From the NCBI GenBank assembly GCA_963734545.1, contig CAVTHO010000005.1, positions 686,633-750,632 of the forward strand: 64,000 nucleotides of DNA, given 5' to 3'. Numbering within the stretch: the first letter of the stretch is position 1; each line of letters opens with the position of its first letter. Made by a program: the position numbers and the translations under genes. Positions 59,990 through 64,000 of the stretch are shown one piece after another. The notes under the pieces are model-generated. The model had not been told where the DNA came from, ran no database searches, and saw only the letters and a list, made by a program, of their open reading frames with translations. The DNA comes from an uncultured Spirochaetota bacterium. GTDB lineage: Bacteria > Spirochaetota > Spirochaetia > SZUA-6 > Fen-1364.

Positions 59990-62900
59990 GCTCTCTCGGA
60001 GTCCAGGATATCAGGGCCATCGTGTCGGCCATTGCCGCCCTGATGGAGGAGAAGAAAGAGGAGCTCATCCGGCTGGATGGCGCGATGGGGGACGGTGACC
60101 TGGGCCTCACAATGGAGAAGGGGTTCTCCGCGGCGCGGGATGAGGCCGGCAAGACGGACGAGACGGACCCGGGCAAGCTCCTGATGAAGATCGGGATGAC
60201 CATCGCCCGGGCCGCACCCTCCACGATGGGCACGCTGGTGGCCACCGGCTTCATGTCCGGGGGCAAGGCCGTGATGGGCAACACCGCTTTGGGCGGCGCC
60301 GAGATGGCGGCGTTCTTCGACGCCTTCACTGCCGGGATCATGCAGCGCGGGAAGTCGAAGACCGGGTGAAAAGACCATCGTGGACGTGCTCCTTCCCGCC
60401 TCCCAGGCGCTTACCGCGGCGGTCTCTTCCGGTGCCGATCTGCCGGAGGCATTCCGCAAGCTCAAGGCCGCCGCCGCGCAGGGCCGCGAGCAGGCAAAGG
60501 AGATGATCGCCCAGCACGGCCGGCTTGCGTACTACCAGGAGCAGTCGAAGGGCCGTGAAGATCCCGGCGCGGTGGCCTGCATCTACATCCTCCAGGGATT
60601 CGCCGACCACATCTCCGGCCCGGCATGATCGAAGCGGACAGCCTGGTAAAGCGGTACGGCCCCTTCGAGGCGGTGAAGGGAGTCTCGTTCCGCGTCGAGA
60701 AGGGCCAGGTCATCGGCCTGCTCGGCCCCAACGGGGCGGGCAAGACCTCCATCATGCGCATCCTTACCTGCTACCACTTCCCCACGGAGGGGCGCGGCGC
60801 GCGTGGATGGGCACGACGTGCTCACCCAGCCCCATCTCGTCCGACAGGCCGTCGGGTACCTGCCGGAGAATGCCCCCCTGTATGACGACATGAAGGTGAG
60901 CGAGTACCTCTCGTTCATCGCGGATGCGCGGGGTCTCTCGGGCGCCTGGCGGGCCCAGCGGCGGGAGCTCGTCGTCGAGGCCTGCGGCCTGTCGGAGGTT
61001 TTTCCGCGCCTGATACGGCGGCTCTCGAAGGGGTATCGGCAGAGAGTGGGCCTCGCGCAGGCCATTCTCCACGACCCGGCCGTCCTGGTCCTGGACGAGC
61101 CGACGTCCGGCCTGGACCCCAACCAGATCGTGGAGATCAGGGCGCTGATCAGGAACCTGGGAAGGGAAAAGACCGTCATCCTCTCCACGCACATCCTGCA
61201 GGAAGTGGAGGCCTTGTGCCGTCGCGTGCTCATCATGAACGCGGGAAGGCTCATCGCGCAGGGAACCCCGGAGGAGATCGCGCGCGGCATGCAGGAAGGC
61301 AAGGTGCTCAGCGTCTCATTCAAGGGACGGCTCGCGGAGTCCACGGCCAGGACGCTTGAGACCCTGGAGGGAGTCCGTGCCGTCACGGCCGTGCGGACAA
61401 TGCCCGAGGACAGGGTGGAGGTGGACCTGGACGTGGCCCCCGGTGCGGATCCCTCCGAGGCGGTGTATGACTGGGCCGTGGCACACGGGTGCAAGATCCT
61501 CGGCATGAGGACCGAAAAGGCCCGGCTCGAGGACCTTTTTGCCCGGCTCACCGGTGGAGGCCGCGATGCATAGGGTCGCCGCGATCGCGCGGCGCGAGCT
61601 GCGTGCCTATTTCACCACGCCCGTCGCTTTCATCGTGGTGGTCTTCTTCCTCGTGGTGACGTCAGCGTGGTTCTTCTACGCCCAGCAGTTTTTCGCGCAG
61701 GACACCGCATCGCTTCGCGGCTACTTCTCCCTCTGGCCCATCGTGTTCATCATGCTCCTGCCGGCCCTCACCATGCGGAGCTGGGCCGAAGAGCGCCGGC
61801 AGGGAACGGCGGAGATCCTCCTCACGCTTCCGGTGCGCGAGCGGGAGCTCGTTGCGGGCAAATTCGCCGCCGCGGTCATCCTCCTTCTCGTGCTCGTCGT
61901 CCTCACCCTCCCCCTGCCCCTGTCCCTGCTGCCGTTCGGCGCGTTCGAGCCGGCTCAGGTCGCGATGGAGTACCTGGGCGTCCTTCTCCTGGGGTGCGCC
62001 GGCATCGCCGCGGGGCAGTTCGTCTCCGCCCTCTCGGCGAACCAGATCTCGGCGTTCCTCTTCGGTGTGGCCTTCATGCTCGTCATCACGATGATCGGGC
62101 AGATCCCCGCCGTGGCCGTACTTCCCGGCTGGCTCGCCGTCGGCCTTTTCATGGGTCTCCTTCGATTTTCACTTCGACAGCTTCAGCAAGGGGGTTCTGG
62201 ACACGCGGGACATCCTGTGCTTCGTGGTGCTCACCGCGGGGTTCCTCTATTTCACCACCAAGGTGCTTTTCATGCGGCGTTTCCGATAGGAGCGGCATGG
62301 TCGGAGAACGCGCGAAATAGCGGTGATGCTGCTCGTGGCCCTGTGCCTTGGCTCGTGCTGGCGACGGAGCGCGCTGGTTCGTGCGCCTGGACCTCACGCG
62401 CGGCAAGGCGTGCTCGATTTCCCCGGTGTCCCAGGAAATCCTGCGCGGGATCCCGGGGCAGGTCCACCTGACCTACTTCCTCAGGACACACTTCGTTCGC
62501 TGTCTCCGTCACCGCAGGGTGATCGATCTGCTGCACGAGTACGCCGCCGAGTCACGGGGCAAGGTCAGCATGACGGTCCTGACCCGGGCAAACGGCCACG
62601 GGCAAAGCGCGCGGCGCTTCGGGATCCTGCCCCAGCAGATCCAGGTCGTCCAGCGGAACAGCAGCACACCGGCCGATGTCTACTCGGGCATCACCATCGA
62701 CTCCTGGCACCGCGCTCGCTCCACGGTCTTCACACCCAACGGTCTGGGGGATGGCAGCTTGAGCCATTGAGGAAGGCTAACCTCACAGCGGCTCCGTCGT
62801 CGCATGATTGTCAGAGAGCTCAACAACTCCCTTCGTCTATGACTTCGACACCCTCCCGAACCAGCTTTCACACGACTGTCGCTCCACGAGTACCTACCCA

Positions 62901-64000
62901 GCGCACCCGATCCCCCCCGAGGTCGACATACTGCTCGTCGCAGGATGCAATCGGGCACACACCAGCTTCCATCCCCTCGAACCTTCATCATCTGAGACGG
63001 GGGAAAGGTTTCCTTTCACCATAAAGGAGCTGCACATGCAGCGCAGCACATTCAGCGCGCGGTCGGTTCGGACCCTCTTCCCCTTCTGGATATCTCATCG
63101 AGTCCCTACGGTGTGCAGTTCGGCATGGAGGCATCGGTCATGGATACCGCGGCACGGTAACTACAGCTCCCCCACAGAAGCCCGACGAACAGTCGGCTCG
63201 GAGACGATCGGAAAGTATCCCCCATGGGTTTCGATCCAGGGCCCCTACGTTTCCGCCGAGAACCCGATCACGGCGCGCTTTACGGGCCTCGACCTGCTGT
63301 GGCCGGTGGCGCTGCTCCCCTGCCGCGGTCCGTCGCGGAGCCGCTCTGTGCAGACCCCCTCGGCATGGGTCCAGAGGGAGCCCTTCATCGTGAATCCCTC
63401 CAAGGTTCCCCAGGCGGCGTCACGCACGGGCAGTTCCCGCTCGCCTTTGCGTTGAGCGGAACCTTCCCTTCCCATTTTGCCGCCGCGCGGCAGAGTGTCC
63501 CGCACACGGGTGATTGTCGTCGGTGATGATGATTTTCTCACCGACCTCATGCAGTTCGGACAGCCTGTCGAATGTGCTTTTCGTCGAGAACGCGGTCCTG
63601 TGGCTCTCCGGTCTCCGACCTGCTGTCCATCAAGCAGCGCGGGCGACGACTGGAGGGGAAGCTCGACCGTATCCAGGAACCGGTGAGGCGCTCACGGCTG
63701 ATGCTGGAGCGAGCTGTGACGCTCTGTTGCTCGTTGTCCTTGCCGTCGTGCTCTCGGCCTCTGTGGATGGATGCGGCGAGCCGACCAGGAGACGGGTGCG
63801 CCGAGGTTTCACCGGCCGCCGCTGGTTGCGACGCCTCTGCGGCGCGCTCCTGCCGGCCTGGCCCCGCTGCTCGTGCTCGGGATCCTCTTCTCGCCGGACC
63901 AGGTTCAGGCAAGGGCATCGGGCCGCCCTGTCCTGCCGGGTGTCAGCGCGCCGAAGGTGGACGGCATCGAGATCATCATGAACGGGGAAACCAGGATCAG
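59986..64000 (+). pseudogene. Mirror copies of dhaL, the gldA/F/G-like genes and the start of DUF4340, frameshifted and increasingly degraded
   Basis: dhaL 59986-60628, ATPase 60625-61573, permease 61566-62289, GldG-like from 62296; all broken by indels. Confidence 0.8.

Larger units (their letters stand above)
52133..64000. repeat. About 11.9-kb inverted copy of 40224-52129 (fold-back, probably artefactual)
   Basis: Hairpin centre AAAAGGTGCCGTCACG-CGT-CGTGACGGCACCTTTT (52114-52148); all genes recur in mirror order; window end GGGGAAACCAGGATCAG is the reverse complement of 40224-40240. Confidence 0.97.

Noticed and set aside
52133-64000. Decaying paralogous operon (true pseudogenes)
   Set aside because: Damage follows position along the arm rather than gene boundaries, as expected for read-quality variation

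Overview
GC-rich bacterial chromosomal DNA, most likely from a free-living Spirochaetia member. This is an inference from the 'FASGGGEKGAAAGG'-style sugar-binding protein, the long DUF342/FapA protein, the FlhG/MinD-like ATPase and the FecR-only protein. Bases 1-52129 hold about 50 housekeeping and metabolic genes: a LivK-like binding protein, trmJ, an NtrC-like activator with no HTH, an amidohydrolase fused to an Omp85-type barrel, fur-feoB-dtxR/feoA, a GT2 plus acyltransferase pair, ctpA-rsmE-WecB/TagA, fapA-lgt, Campylobacterota-like nifS-nifU, and a large sugar/polyol catabolic region (RpiB, DhaK/L, two FGGY kinases, SgcQ/BtpA, LacI, sugar ABC transporter) with a GldA/F/G-DUF4340 ABC module attached. 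At 52131 the sequence folds back on itself: 52133-64000 is an error-rich reverse-complement copy of 40224-52129. This is most likely a long-read or assembly fold-back artefact, although its central part carries strain-like synonymous differences. Four frameshifts in the unique part also suggest long-read indel errors. I saw no rRNA, tRNA, CRISPR array, transposase or integrase. The best novelty candidates are the amidohydrolase-Omp85 fusion (3426-5693), a candidate small RNA with repeated AAAAG motifs (about 26980-27095), and the uncharacterised sugar/tetrose catabolic region. All assignments come from reading motifs by eye; no searches were run.
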